NCBI RefSeq assembly: GCF_006345805.1
Contig: NC_043006.1
Coordinates: 11,656,001-11,720,000 of the forward strand
Direction: 5' to 3'
Length of the DNA: 64,000 bases
DNA from: Octopus sinensis
Taxonomy: Eukaryota
Under the pieces are notes generated by a model. It ran no database searches. It was not told where the DNA came from and saw only the letters and a list, made by a program, of their open reading frames with translations. Below, one piece after another: positions 1 to 12,347 of this stretch (position 1 is the first letter of the stretch; each line of letters opens with the position of its first letter). Both the position numbers and the translations under genes were made by a program.

Positions 1-935
1 TTAAAATTGAATATCTCCTATCCCCCAAATTTCCTATAATGGAAAGTATTATAATTACTATAATTTTGACAAAGTTTTTGCTAATGTAGACATTACTGTT
101 TAATATTTCGTTATACTTGATTGTATTTTCTACACATAACAAAACTGATTAATTTTTGGCCAGGTAGGGACTATAGAAAACTGTGAAATATCTTCTATCA
201 TTGCAAAACTGAATGTAATTGACGTTGAACATTAGTAGCGGATTGTAAAAGGCAAGAAATTATAAGTATTTATATGAAGGTAATAAATATTGCCTTGACC
301 CAGACTATAAAATTATTTCAGTTCCAATTTTAGCTTAAATGGTAGGGTTAATAGACCCGCCACATTATACTTGAGGGATATTTAGCTATAATACACATTG
401 TCAAGTGATAATATTGTTTGTTTCTTCTATTTTAATTCACAAAGTTTGTTTATATAAGTTGAATACAAGTTTCTCACTTCAGAATTGAGAATGGTCAATT
501 CTGAATTCATAAATTAATTTTATGTTCTCTGTTTATAAGACATTATTATTTACGAAGTCGGAATAAATTAGATTCCAGTAAATCACCATCGAATATCTCT
601 GAGTTACAATTTAAACAATGGAAGTAATCGCTTTAACTACATTGAAATGAATGAAATCTGATTATGTATAATACAAAAGAAAATCAATGATGGGATGTTA
701 AATTGATAGTTTTAGTTTAATTTCTCCATTATATTTATCCCCAGAAGTATTAGAATTGTTCTTAGTATCCAAATATTGGTTTCCTACAAAGACATAAGAA
801 TGTAGCCGATCGTAATGAGGCTGGAGCACTACAAGTTCATTGTCTCTCTCGACACTCATAACACTGGAAATTAAAATATGGAGAGTTGCTGTTAAATGCT
901 GTTGTAAGACATGTCGCTCAAGGTTTTCTGTGTAG

Positions 936-1008
936 AGGGTACTTGATAAAACCTCATTAAAATCTGCTGCATTAGATTTCTATTTCTTGCATACATGCAT
1001 GGATGCAG
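936..1008 (+). CDS. Possible isolated exon RVLDKTSLKSAALDFYFLHTCMDA
   Basis: ttttctgtgtag| acceptor and CAG|gtatgg donor; open in one frame only; no confirmed partner exons. Confidence 0.25.
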
Positions 1009-1194
1009 GTATGGTTCTGTGTACGTTTAAGAAGTTCGCTTTGTAACCATATCGTTGTGAATTCGATCACAGTGCTATTACCTTCGGCAAGTTTGTTTTT
1101 CCACTAAAACCTCGTGCATTGCAAAGGAAAACTAACGAACAGAAATTATGCGTATGTATACATGCATGCATATATGCATATATACATACACATA

Positions 1195-1585
1195 GGCGCA
1201 GGAGTGGCTGTGTGGTAAGTAGCTTGCTTACCAACCACATGGTTCCGGGTTCAGTCCCACTGCGTGGCACCTTGGGCAAGTGTCTTCTACTATAGTCTCG
1301 GGTCGACCAAAGCCTTTTGAGTGGATTTGGTAGACGGAAACTAAAAGAAGCCCATCGTATATATGTATGTGTGTGTGTGTATGTTTGTGCGTCTGTGTTT
1401 GTGCCCCCAACATCGCTTGACAACTGATACTCGTGTGTTTACGTTCCCGTAACTTAGCGGTTCCGCAAAAGAGACCGATAGAATAAGTACTAAGCTTACA
1501 AAGAATAAGTCCTGGGGTCGATTTGCTCGACTAAAGGCGGTACTCCAGCATGGCCACAGTCAAATGACTGAAACAAGTAAAAGAG
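1195..1585 (+). mobile_element. SINE family A (CORE-type, internal TA/TG microsatellite)
   Basis: tRNA-like head, ccttgggcaagt CORE-like motif, gtaaaaga tail; multi-copy in the window. Confidence 0.9.
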
Positions 1586-1617
1586 TATATGTACATAATA
1601 TCCCGGTACAAGTATAC

Positions 1618-1651
<34 letters not shown>

Positions 1652-1654
1652 TAG

Positions 1655-2165
1655 TATGCCTTGATGCAGTAGACTTAAACAGATATTTTCGACCCAGTAT
1701 CAAAATCAACATCCACGTTGCGCAATAACCGTATTATCTACGCAGCGACGGGCTTAATTGTTATAAACACGAATCACATGATATTAGAATAATCACAAAG
1801 CCAATTACATCTGGAAATGTTTGGAATTCTTGAGATAAACACATCCCTCAAACCTGCGGTATAGTTTTTGTAGTTGCAATCAGATGCGACGTTTATTTGA
1901 TTGACAACTTTGTGTCATAGCACGGACATAGATCCACCAATTTTCCGTGAAGACTTGATCGTTTGCTCCAGTATAAGAATGTAATATGGCACATCAGTTA
2001 TCTTTATGTTGTCGAGGAACTTGTTGAGGTCATTTACAGCTTGTCTGGGATCTAAAACTCTATCTACAGACTCATCGACATATTCATGTCTTTGAAACGT
2101 TGAATAATTTGCTTATCGATCACCTTTACAGTTTTATTAGTTTCGGCAAATATTGCTTTTTATAG
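1655..2165 (-). pseudogene. Decayed Helitron PIF1-like helicase C-terminal fragment
   Basis: Broken frames AIFAETNKTVKVIDKQII / VDRVLDPRQAVNDLNKFLDNIKITDVPYYILIL / DVFISRIP / FVFITIK are collinear with Helitron helicase motifs (AILAPxN, YPxEFLNS, DVFIPRIP, FAMTINK). Confidence 0.65.
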
Positions 2166-3077
2166 ACATTTGTGACTGTGATAGTTACATCGAACTTTGG
2201 GAAATGTATATGAATATATTGTTTTAATGTAACTTTTGTATCAATATAACATTTTTGAACGCACACAAACACACATACGTTGTATATATATAAAAAGAAA
2301 GAAAAAAAAATGGCGTATACATCTCAGTACGCACACACGCACACTATATAATTTTTGTAGGTGAATCTAGGTCAACGAAGTCGGAAAATTGTGTTTGATC
2401 TGAAGCTACTCTTTTCCTGTCTCACTACTACTCTTTCAATCATCTGCTTCTCCTTATCCTTCCTCTCTTTTTTCGTGACTCTTCATCTCCACCAGTATCA
2501 GGTTTCTCGAGTTTTATCTACCTACGTAGCTGTTATTGCTCATATCTGTCTGTCTGTCCGCCTGCCTGCCTGCCTGTCTACCTGTCTGTCTGTCTCTCTC
2601 TCTCTGATGTCAAAAATAATTCAGCCGATTCTAATTTGCAACCAAAGTTAGATGGACGCACATGCACAAACACACACAGACAGAATATACATATATAATA
2701 TGTAATACACACGCAGACACACACACATATATATGAATATATATATATATATTCACAATCATACTCTCCACAAATATATGTATCAATTGGCTTTAATGTT
2801 TGCTTCAATGTAAAGTTATGAATACAAACAGTTGAAAATGAAATTGTAGGACCACTTAATACTATTTAGTAGAAAAACATTTATGAATTTCTTCAAAGAA
2901 GAGGTTGACAGCGACGATTTACCGATGATGGCTTTCTAGCCGCCGCTGTCTAGCCTTTCCGTGTCTGTCTATCTGTCTATTTTATATGTATGTATGTAAT
3001 GTAATGTAAGTATCTATGTATGTACGCATGCATATACGTATGTTTATATCTTTATATGTATATATATATATATATAT

Positions 3078-3109
<32 letters not shown>

Positions 3110-4029
3110 GTATAAAATTAAAATTAGGGTGAAAATTGGATATTAATTTGATAACATCAATTTTAACACCAGTGGTCTAGCTTTCGTTTCTGGTGTTTGC
3201 TAAATTTTCTAGAGAACAATTCTTAGCGGTAAGATCATAGCGGATCTTCTTCTAGCATAAGGGTTTCCACATAGTGGTAAATTCCCTCGAATATGTATGT
3301 AATATATATATATATATATATATTCATTCATACAAATAGGTGGCATCATAGCCAGTGAGGGTTATCGGAGGTGTGCTTATTGCTAGCTGAAAACCATACG
3401 CGTGTGTATGTGTGTGTGTATGTGTGTGCGTACGTGCGTGCGTGTATACACACACACACAACACACCTATATATATATATGTATAAATATATGTATATGT
3501 GTATATATACGTATGCTTCCTCTCACGCTACTCTGTGAGTTCGATACCTGATGCATGGTACACTCTGCATCTCTTCAAACAACGTCGTTTTGTTGTTCGT
3601 GCCGCTAATGTGCGGCACGAACATTTGATCACTATAAACGAATCATTTGTGTAACTTTGTTTGGCAAAAGCTCAACGCTCATACGTTGTCTTCCACGGGA
3701 TAGTCTGTCATATATATATATATATATATATATATTTATTTTATAGAAGGATCTTCTACAGGACTAGAACTGTTTCATTCAAAAGAAATCATCAGGAAGC
3801 TAGTAGACAAGAGTTGTTTTGGCATATATACATTTAGGCAGGTTTAAATGGGTGGTGGTGGGGGACCTTTTTGGGGGTAGGCACGGCGCAAAACTGTCAT
3901 TATAAGGGGAGTGGTCAAAGGAATCGGTGGTAAAGTAGATAAAAGAATAAATAAAAGAATAAAAATAAAAAATAAAAAAATATAAATAGAAAAATAGGGT
4001 TTTAGGCAAGCAGGGAGACTCCCACTTGT

Positions 4030-4960
4030 ACATCCACATATATATACATATACACATATATACACCCGCATATTCACATATATCTATACATATACATACA
4101 TACCCACACATACATACATATATATATATACATACACATACATATACACACATATATACATACATATATACATACATATATATATATACATACATACACA
4201 TACATATACACACATATATATATATACATATACACATATATATACACACACCCATGCACGCACACACAGACACACATATACATACACATACATACATATA
4301 TGTATACCCACTCGCACAAACATATACAAATGCACATACATGCACACACACACACACACACCCTTACTCTCCCATTTTAATTTTATTATTACTACCCCTG
4401 TCTATATCTCTATTTTTACTTCCATCCGTCTACTTACCTACACGAACGCAAGCACCACCTACGCCCACACACCCACACGCACACACACGTACGTGCCACA
4501 TCCATACACGCACACATCCACATACACTCACGTACACCCACATACACGCACACACACACACACCCCAACACACCCACAGAGAAGACAGTCCATGTGTATA
4601 TTCATACACGCATACATCTACACACTTCACGTATATCATACACGCATACACATACATACCTCAACACACTCACAGAAGACCAGTCCATACACATAACACC
4701 AACCAATATATTACCACACATAATACACACACACATACACATACATACATATACATACACATATACACACATATATATACATATATACTCATACACATAT
4801 ACATACACATACACACTCACACATACATACACACACACATACACATACATACATATACATACACATATACACACATATATATACATATATACTCATACAC
4901 ATATACATACACATACACACTCACACATATATACACACACATACATATACATATACATAT

Positions 4961-5001
<41 letters not shown>

Positions 5002-5242
5002 GGGAAGCTTTATGAAAATATATACACATATACACACATACACATACACATATACATGCGCACACATACACACACACACACACCCACGCGCGCATCCACA
5101 TATACACACAAGTACATACATGCATAAATGAATACATATGTCTACACACATGCACACACGTCCACACACACACACGCCTCCCCATGTTCATAAAACCATA
5201 CATGCATACAGGCATATACATACACACATACATGCATACTCA

Positions 5243-5280
<38 letters not shown>

Positions 5281-5290
5281 TAATAATAAT
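4030..5290. repeat. Large compound (CA/TA)n microsatellite ending in (AAT)n
   Basis: Direct inspection; source of many spurious H/I/Y/T ORFs. Confidence 0.95.
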
Positions 5291-5361
5291 AATAAAAATA
5301 ATAAATATATACGTGCAGTATATATATATATATATTTGTGTGTGTGCGTGTGGTGGTATCT

Positions 5362-5402
<41 letters not shown>

Positions 5403-5676
5403 AATATACATATATTAATATATATGTATGTATATCCTTAAATCCTTAAATCCTTAAAATGTTTAGCCCGAAGGCCGCGGCCATGCTGGGGCACCACCGC
5501 TGTATATATATATATATATATATATGTATTATATATATGTATGTATTTATATAAATATATATATAAAAAATATATATATATATATATACGAATAGGTGGC
5601 ACCATAGCCAGTTGGGGTCATCGGAGAGGTACTTATTGCTAGCTGAAATCCATATGTGTGTGTGTGTGTGTGTGTG

Positions 5677-6092
5677 TATACTCCTTTTTTGGTTTACATG
5701 TTTCAGTCTTTTGACTGTGGCCAAGCTGGAACACCGCCCTTAGTCGAATCAAATCGACCTCAGGACTTATTCCTTGTAAGCATAGAACTTATTCTATCGG
5801 TCTCTTTGACCGAACCACTAAGTTACACACCAGCATCGGTTGTCAAGCGATGTTAGGGGGACAAACACAGATACACAACACACACACACGCACACACACA
5901 AAATACACAGACACACACATATATATATATACATATATAAGACGGGCTTTTTCAATTTCCGTCTACAAAATCCACTCACAAGTCTTTGGTCGGCCCGAGG
6001 CTATAGTAGAAGACACTTGCCTAAGGTGCCACGCAGTGGGACTGAATCCGGAACCATGTGGTTCGTAAGCAATCTACTTACCACAGAGCCAC
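5677..6092 (-). mobile_element. SINE family A
   Basis: Reverse-complement match to 1195-1585. Confidence 0.9.
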
Positions 6093-6151
6093 TATACCTT
6101 TACATACATCTATGTATGTCTATATATGTATGTTTAAGCATCTCCGAAAGA

Positions 6152-6290
6152 TATATGAGGTGCGTTCAAAAAGCATTGGATCTCATTTTCTCCCTCACTC
6201 CCAAATAATGCCTCGTGGACAAAATCCTTTGGCTGAGAGGTGTTGTCATTCCTGCTGCGTATGCACGAAAATTTTGCGAGTTAGTAACCA
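6152..6290 (+). mobile_element. Mariner-type terminal fragment
   Basis: TA|TGAGGTGCGTTCAAAAAG resembles a mariner TIR; no partner end seen. Confidence 0.35.
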
Positions 6291-6735
6291 GGTGTTGTTC
6301 GTTTTCACGCATGTATACACACACACATGCACCCACGCATGCATACATACACACGCACCTACCCCCACCACATATAACAGTAATAAACGAGTGAAGAACG
6401 AATACAGAGTGCCAGTGATTATTTAAAAAAGTGACCAATCCGAAATACAATAATATCTGTTTTAACACACGGTTTCACATCAGGAATCGTGCAAGCACAA
6501 ATTCATAAACGCATATATATATATATATGTATATAAACTGGATCTCTTCTTGTCGGGGGTCCCAGATGAACCTACCTCACGACAGGAGACACAGATGCGG
6601 GCAGCGGCATCGAATTCCCTTGTTGACCAAGTGCCACGTATCAGAGGTGGATTCACATATTAGTGTAGCTCAGTCAGCGGTGGTGCCCCGCATGGCCGCG
6701 GCCTTCTAGCTAAGACATTTAAAGGATTTAAGGAT

Positions 6736-6779
<44 letters not shown>

Positions 6780-6782
<3 letters not shown>

Positions 6783-7039
6783 ACGTGATCACGTGACCGA
6801 CCAGACCATCAGATGTTGTTACACATCGCTGGTCACAATGCGTTCGCATTGTTTTAGCCTTCGAATGACGCCACCCCGCCGGCTAAGCGAGCAGGCCAAC
6901 AGAAGAAAGAGTGGGAAGAATGTGAGAAAGAGTGGTGAAAGAGTACAGCAGGGATCACCACCCCCTGTCGGAGCGTCGTGGAGCTTTTAGGTGATTTTCG
7001 TTCAATAAACACTCACAACGCCCAGTCTGGGAATCGAAA

Positions 7040-7040
<1 letters not shown>
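6780..7040 (-). mobile_element. SINE C-related element with an alternative 3' tail, head truncated
   Basis: 6895-7040 matches family C body; the remainder differs. Confidence 0.7.
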
Positions 7041-7102
<62 letters not shown>

Positions 7103-7232
7103 AGTAGTACAACAAAGCACCAATATTTACTGGAAATAGCAGTCGATAATTTGCGACGCTATAGTAAATCTTCAGCGTGTATATACTGGTAAGGACGTGT
7201 GAGGGCAGCGAACATGAAAAAATTCGTCTTAC

Positions 7233-7263
7233 TTCTAGGAAGGACATTAGATCAATGGACAAC
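7233..7263 (-). CDS. Candidate exon (R)LSIDLMSFLE; the frame also stays open past this donor
   Basis: attctag|G acceptor and GAA|gtaaga donor; phase-compatible with 7407-7354 across a 90-nt intron. Confidence 0.4.
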
Positions 7264-7267
7264 CTAG

Positions 7268-7353
7268 AATCGTATAATCTAATAGCTAGGTTTCGGACTC
7301 TTCAAATACGTTTGTTATGGTAAATTTGATTAGTCTTCTTCAGCTAGATTTAC
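7268..7353 (-). ncRNA. Type I hammerhead ribozyme-like motif
   Basis: Minus strand: GTA-AATCTAG CTGAAGA AGACT aa TCAAAT (16 nt) ATTTGA ag AGTCC GAAA CCTAGC TA TTAGATT-a-TAC. Stems I and II pair; the core motifs CUGANGA, GAAA and UH are present. Confidence 0.75.
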
Positions 7354-7407
7354 CTGGACAATATTTCAAATGTTGCTACATCAATGCCAGTATATTCTCT
7401 TGAACGC
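7354..7407 (-). CDS. Candidate exon (Q)RSREYTGIDVATFEILS(R) of the same gene
   Basis: catacatag|G acceptor and CCAG|gtaaat donor; 54 nt, open only in phase 2, which is the phase required after exon 20308. Confidence 0.5.
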
Positions 7408-7530
7408 CTATGTATGTACATGTATAGTAGAATAATAGAGGGAAACTTTTTAGAACAATATCATATATATTTGAAAGGATGAATAGAGATGGATTTTTTT
7501 GAGGGGATAATTTTTATTTTTATTTTGATG

Positions 7531-7819
7531 ATAATGTTTACAGCGAGTTACTCTGATAAGAGATTCAAGCTTCACGTAGCCGTTTTCAAACAGAAAAAAA
7601 TGTGTTTTACTGGTTGCTTAAATAGCAAAGGATTTTTTTCTTACAAGTACACATACAAAAAAATATACAAAAAATATACATACATTTTTTTGCTTGTATA
7701 CTTGTACGAAAAAATATTTTTGTTATTTAAATAACCAGTGAAACGTTCATTTTTTTCATTTTGAAACCGGCTACTTGAAGTTCGAAACTCATATCAGAGT
7801 AACTCGCTGTAAACATTAT
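7531..7819. mobile_element. Fold-back MITE-like element
   Basis: ~135-bp imperfect inverted arms beginning ataatgtttacagcgagttactctgata. Confidence 0.7.
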
Positions 7820-7834
7820 TATTTAGATTAGAAT

Positions 7835-8622
7835 AAAACAGTTCTATATTTAAGAGATGAGGAATTATGCACATTGTTTACATTTGACGGATATTTGTCC
7901 TCATCTTGTTAACACAACCTTTCGGCTGATGTATCCTCCAGCCTTCATTAGGTGTCTTGGGGAAATATAGAACCTGGGTTCTCGTCCCTAAGGTATTTTT
8001 CCATGTTATTATTACTGTTATTCAGTCACTGTTGGAATCGAACTAGAAATCTTGGGGTTAGTAGCCAACACTCTTACCACTACGCCATATGTCCGTGGGC
8101 AATAATGGAGTGACTTTTAGGGCTCATAAATCTAATATTTTCCTATCCTTCCCTACTACCGGTTCACATATGCTACTCATATCTGCACTCGGTCTGCTTA
8201 GGCGATTGTTGTGGCCTAGCTTATGTGCTAGGCGAAGCATGCTGCCCCTCAAAATAAGGGTAGATGAACATCGCAAAGCTGTGACACGAAAGATTGATAA
8301 ATTAGGTGTAGCTGACCACCCCCTGTGGGATGAAGTTAAAATAGTAGACAGAGAACACCACCAGAAGATACGAAATCTAAAAGAAGCAGCACATATGCTA
8401 GGAGACAACAACCTCCTAAGCAGACCGAGTGCAGATATGAATAGCATATGGGAACCAGGATTAAGGAAGGATAGAAAAATATTAGATTTATAAGTCCTAA
8501 AATTCGCTACATAATTGCCCGCGGGCATATGACGTAGTGGTTAAGAGCGCGGGCTACTAATCCCAAGATTCCGAGTTCGATTCCAAGCAGTGACCTGAAT
8601 AATACCTCAGGAACGAGAACCC
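7835..8622. mobile_element. Penelope-like element 3' region in inverted-repeat arrangement (GIY-YIG endonuclease C-terminal fragment, tRNA-like box, decayed hammerhead)
   Basis: Plus-strand peptide LKIRVDEHRKAV...LWDEVKIVDREHHQKIRNLKEAAHM...SIWEPGL fits GIY-YIG of PLEs. Arms ~7975-8240 and ~8385-8622 are inverted copies. Minus ccTAATGA A GGCTG..CAGCC GAAA at ~7913-7955. Confidence 0.75.
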
Positions 8623-8818
8623 CTGGCAGAAACGTTAGCACACCGGGCGAAATGCTTAGCGGTTGCGTTCTGAGTTCAAATTCCGCCGAGGTCGACTTTG
8701 CCTTTCATCCTTTCGGGGTCGATAAATTAAGTACCAGTTACGCACTGAGGTCGATGTAATCGACTTAATCCATTTGTTTGTCCCCCCTATGTTTAGCCCC
8801 TTGTGAGCAATAAAGAAA
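8623..8818 (+). mobile_element. SINE family B (gtcgactttgcctttcatcctttcggggtcgataaa central domain, Meta/Inv-like by recollection)
   Basis: Multi-copy in the window; abuts the Penelope-like arm. Confidence 0.85.
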
Positions 8819-9006
8819 CAGATATTGATGAGGGTAGAGGGTATATCAGCTGATGAGGAGAAATATCTGTCAAGTGTAAATCATGCATAAGAATAAAAAT
8901 TCTCCCCTCAAAAAAAGCCATCTATACTAATTCTTTCAAATGTATATATATATGTATATATATATATATATATAATATATATATATATATACATATTTAC
9001 CAGAAG

Positions 9007-9109
9007 CAACAGAGTGACTCATGGTCCGAGAGTTTCGTGCGTTGGTACTCATAAAACTCTTTGATAAGTGCCAACGCACGAAACTCTTGGACCTTGAGTC
9101 ACTCTGTTG
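9007..9109. other. 43-bp-stem hairpin
   Basis: One U-U mismatch, two G-U pairs, 17-nt loop on the plus strand. Confidence 0.85.
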
Positions 9110-9164
9110 GTTAATACAAATATACATATACCTATTCTATTTTTCCAGCTCGCACCTATATACC

Positions 9165-9400
9165 TGTATGCGTGTGTGTGTATATGTTTTTGTGTGTGTT
9201 TGTCCCTCCCAACGTCGCTTGACAACCGATGCTGGTGTGTTTACCTCCCAGTAACTTAGCTGTTCTGGAAAAGAGACCGATAGAATAATTACTAGGCTTA
9301 CAAAGAATAAGCACTGGGGTCGATTTGCTCGACTAAAGGCGGTGCTCCAGCATGACCGCAGTCAAATGACTGAAACAATGAAACAAGTAAAAGAATAAAA
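9165..9400 (+). mobile_element. SINE family A, 3' half
   Basis: Matches the 3' half of 11101-11511. Confidence 0.85.
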
Positions 9401-9402
9401 GA

Positions 9403-9445
<43 letters not shown>

Positions 9446-9556
9446 TACGTCTGTATATATGTATGCATGTATGTATGTATGTATGTATGTATGATGTATG
9501 TATGTATGTATGTATGTGTGTGGTGTGTGTGTGTGTGTGTGTGTGTGCGTGCGTGC

Positions 9557-9595
<39 letters not shown>

Positions 9596-10029
9596 GACGT
9601 ATACATTTCGGAAATGCATATTAGTGAAAGCGTCAAATCTTAGCTGGGTGGGAAAACGAAACGAAAAGCCAAATTTTGACAGAGCGAATTGTACTGCATC
9701 ATTTCTTCTTTATCGAAATTACTTACACTCTTTTGTCAGTTTCGTCGTCGACAACAAGTTTAATTTGAACCTTTTAACCCACGGCGCTTTAGGTCACCAG
9801 TTGCCATATGAAATGCCTCAACATTTACTTGTTACAATAGAGATTATTTTTATTGTGTTGTATTCATTTAGCCTCACACTAGTTCAGGCAGAGCAGAGAG
9901 CCTGAATCAAAAGATTTCCATCCGTGACTATTTATCGTTTTGTACGTGAAGGACTAACTGTACTGTCCATATGTTTTTTGTATCTGAGACATCATAGTAT
10001 TAATTAAATAAAAGGAATAATTATTAATT

Positions 10030-10400
10030 CTAGCTTGTCAAGAGAATGTGTAGTTGTCCCCTCGATTCTCAAATTTTCTTTCTCTTTTAGTGATAAAAGA
10101 TTTATTGTAGCTTAAAGTCCTTTTCTCTGACTTAGTCAGGTAAGACGTGAGTAGTACCATTCATTCTTGCGAGAACGTTTGGATTATTTTATAATCTTTA
10201 TCACAAATCTGAAAAGTCTGGGATAAGGGCAATATCCAATTCAAAATCTGCAGGTCAATTTGTGTAAGGAAAACGTGAACAAGGAGTGAATTGAAAGTTT
10301 CTTCAGAATGTTATTGACAGATGGTACTCTCTTAAGGGCTCTGCAAGGACCAGATGGGGGTGTTAAACTTGGTGTGTTTGGCATACAAAATGAATATCTT
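10030..10400 (-). pseudogene. Possible heavily decayed GIY-YIG/Penelope-like coding remnant
   Basis: Only weak resemblance in broken minus-strand frames (LTCRF*IGYC, NEWYYSRLT, IIIPF). Confidence 0.2.
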
Positions 10401-10937
10401 CCGTCTTTTACTTGCTTCAGTCATTGGACTGCGGTTATGCTGGGCACCGCCTTGAATATGCATACTTTATCTTTTTCATCAAGTTTGTTTTATTGGGAGA
10501 CTAAACATATTGTTGCCAATTAAAATATAAACGAGTTAAGGGAAGTAACCAAAGTGAGCCACACCACGAATTTAGATGCATCATTTAAAGGGTCATACGA
10601 TGACGGATCTCCGCCGCTCGACGACTAGTATCCAGTGGTTCGATCAATTGAATAACTTTCTCCTGAATTAACTTGTAAGTAGTTGAGTATTCCACAGACT
10701 CGTGTACTCATAACGTAATGTCCTGAAAGATTCAATGATACAGTGGGTGACAAAGCTGTACCTGTTGAATTTCTGTACAATCCGCCCAACTTCATTCACG
10801 AGGTATGAGTCGACTCAAGGTTGTAGAAAGTGACATTTGTCCAAGATATCACACAATCGGACCGAAACCGTGACATCGCGTTTGCGGAGCGAGTACCTTA
10901 ACCATTCGGCCATCCTGTGCTGACAAGAGATGATGTA

Positions 10938-11581
10938 CAATAATCCCTCGAATATCGCGGGTGTTACGTTCCAACCCACCCGCGATAAGAGAAAATCCGC
11001 GAAATAGAAACAGTACTGAACTGTATATTTAAAAAAAATTATTTTTATAATTTGTATATATTTATTTTATGATAAATGCAAAACAACACGGTGTGACATA
11101 GCGCAGGAGTGGCTGTGTGGTAAGTAGCTTGTTTACCAACCGCATGGTTCCGGGTTCAGTCCCACTGCGTGGCACCTTGGGTAAGTGTCTTCTACTATAG
11201 CCCCGGGCCTACCAAAGCCTTGTGAGTGGATTTGGTAGACGGAAACTGAAAGAAGCCTGTCGTATATATGTATATATATGTATATGTATGTGTGTGTTTG
11301 TGCGTCTGTGTTTGTCCCCCTAGCATTGCTTGACAACCGATGCTGGTGTGTTTACGTCCCCGTTACTTAGCGGTTCGGCAAAAGAGACCGATAGAATAAG
11401 TACTGGGCTTACAAAGAATAAGTCCCGGGGTCGATTTGCTCGACTAAAGGCGGTGCTCCAGCATGGCCGCAGTCAAATGACTGAAACAAGTAAAAGAGTA
11501 AAAGAGTAAAGAGAGAGGAATCGGCGTAAGCTTAGATAATAAACCGCGATAAGTGAACCGCGATATGGCGGGGGATTACTG
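10938..11581. mobile_element. pogo/Tigger-type MITE interrupted by a CORE-SINE
   Basis: TA|CAATAATCCCTCGAATATCGCGG ... CCGCGATATGGCGGGGGATTACTG|TA (TIRs plus TA TSD). Confidence 0.8.
11101..11511 (+). mobile_element. SINE family A, full length
   Basis: Clean copy nested in the Tigger-type MITE. Confidence 0.9.
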
Positions 11582-12347
11582 TAGCACAAGAAGTATTCTC
11601 AATTAACTGGAATTTTTCTTTGTGTTGGAGAAAGAAAGCGAAAACGTAGGTAATATTGAGAGACTCTCCTCCCCTCTCTCTCTAAAAAGGAAAAGAACTG
11701 AAAAAATAAATTAATTGTTAATTTCTCAAAAGGAATTTAGCGGCTGTGGTATTTGTCAGAAATAAAGCTACGAACATATTCCAGTCTTGTCGAACTGATT
11801 TTGCTAATCATTGTAAGACTGCAACCAACTTGATTAGTCGATAAATGTTTGATTGTTTTTTTATCCTTATAAGACACGTATTATTACAAACACTGTATTA
11901 CAAACATTGGCTAATAGTAATTTCTATAATTAAAATATACTATGTCTAAGGGAAATAACTCAAGTGAGTCACTGGCATGAGTTTAGTTTATAATTTAAAC
12001 TTTGATTCATTCAATGTCTTACAGAAAACATTCTCAATTTATTGAAATATTTCATTTAGTCTGAGTGAGAAAGCAAAAGTCAAATAGTTTAAGTGACTTA
12101 CAAAATAAATAGATTTAAGCCGAAAAGAGGGGAGTTCATATTTCCTAATGACCATCACCATCCAGTTTAACCCCATCATTCGATGAAAACGATGTTTTAT
12201 ATACTTGGTTAATATGGCTGCTTTGTTTGTCAGTAATGCAAATTATGTGTATTAGTTTTGAAGTAGGAATTAAATATTTTGTCTAAGATCAGTTTAGAAA
12301 TGTGTTGCTCTAAATAATAATGCCTGCTACGGTATGCTCTTTAACAG

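Noticed and set aside
702-989. ~95 open codons on the minus strand, with faint phosphodiesterase-like wording; GLUT-like wording in the 22-28 kb plus chain
   Set aside because: Resemblances are too weak and lack catalytic or signature motifs; an open frame this long is expected by chance in 64 kb.
1067-1423. Recurrent MSSD/NxxGTNT...RRHLPKVPRSGTEPG ORFs (also 5840, 11133, 54027, 58357)
   Set aside because: Chance frames within SINE family A, not a gene family.
3800-5449. Long ORFs (up to 329 aa) of H/T/Y/I or C/V/M
   Set aside because: Translations of CA/TA microsatellite; the same applies to similar ORFs at 21k, 24k, 42k, 44k, 57k and 61-62k.
8850-8866. CTGATGA..GAAA motif
   Set aside because: Only 3 nt between the motifs; no stem II or stem I.
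10308-10523. Plus ORF MLLTDGTLLRALQGPDGG...
   Set aside because: Runs into a SINE A tail; no supported splice partners.
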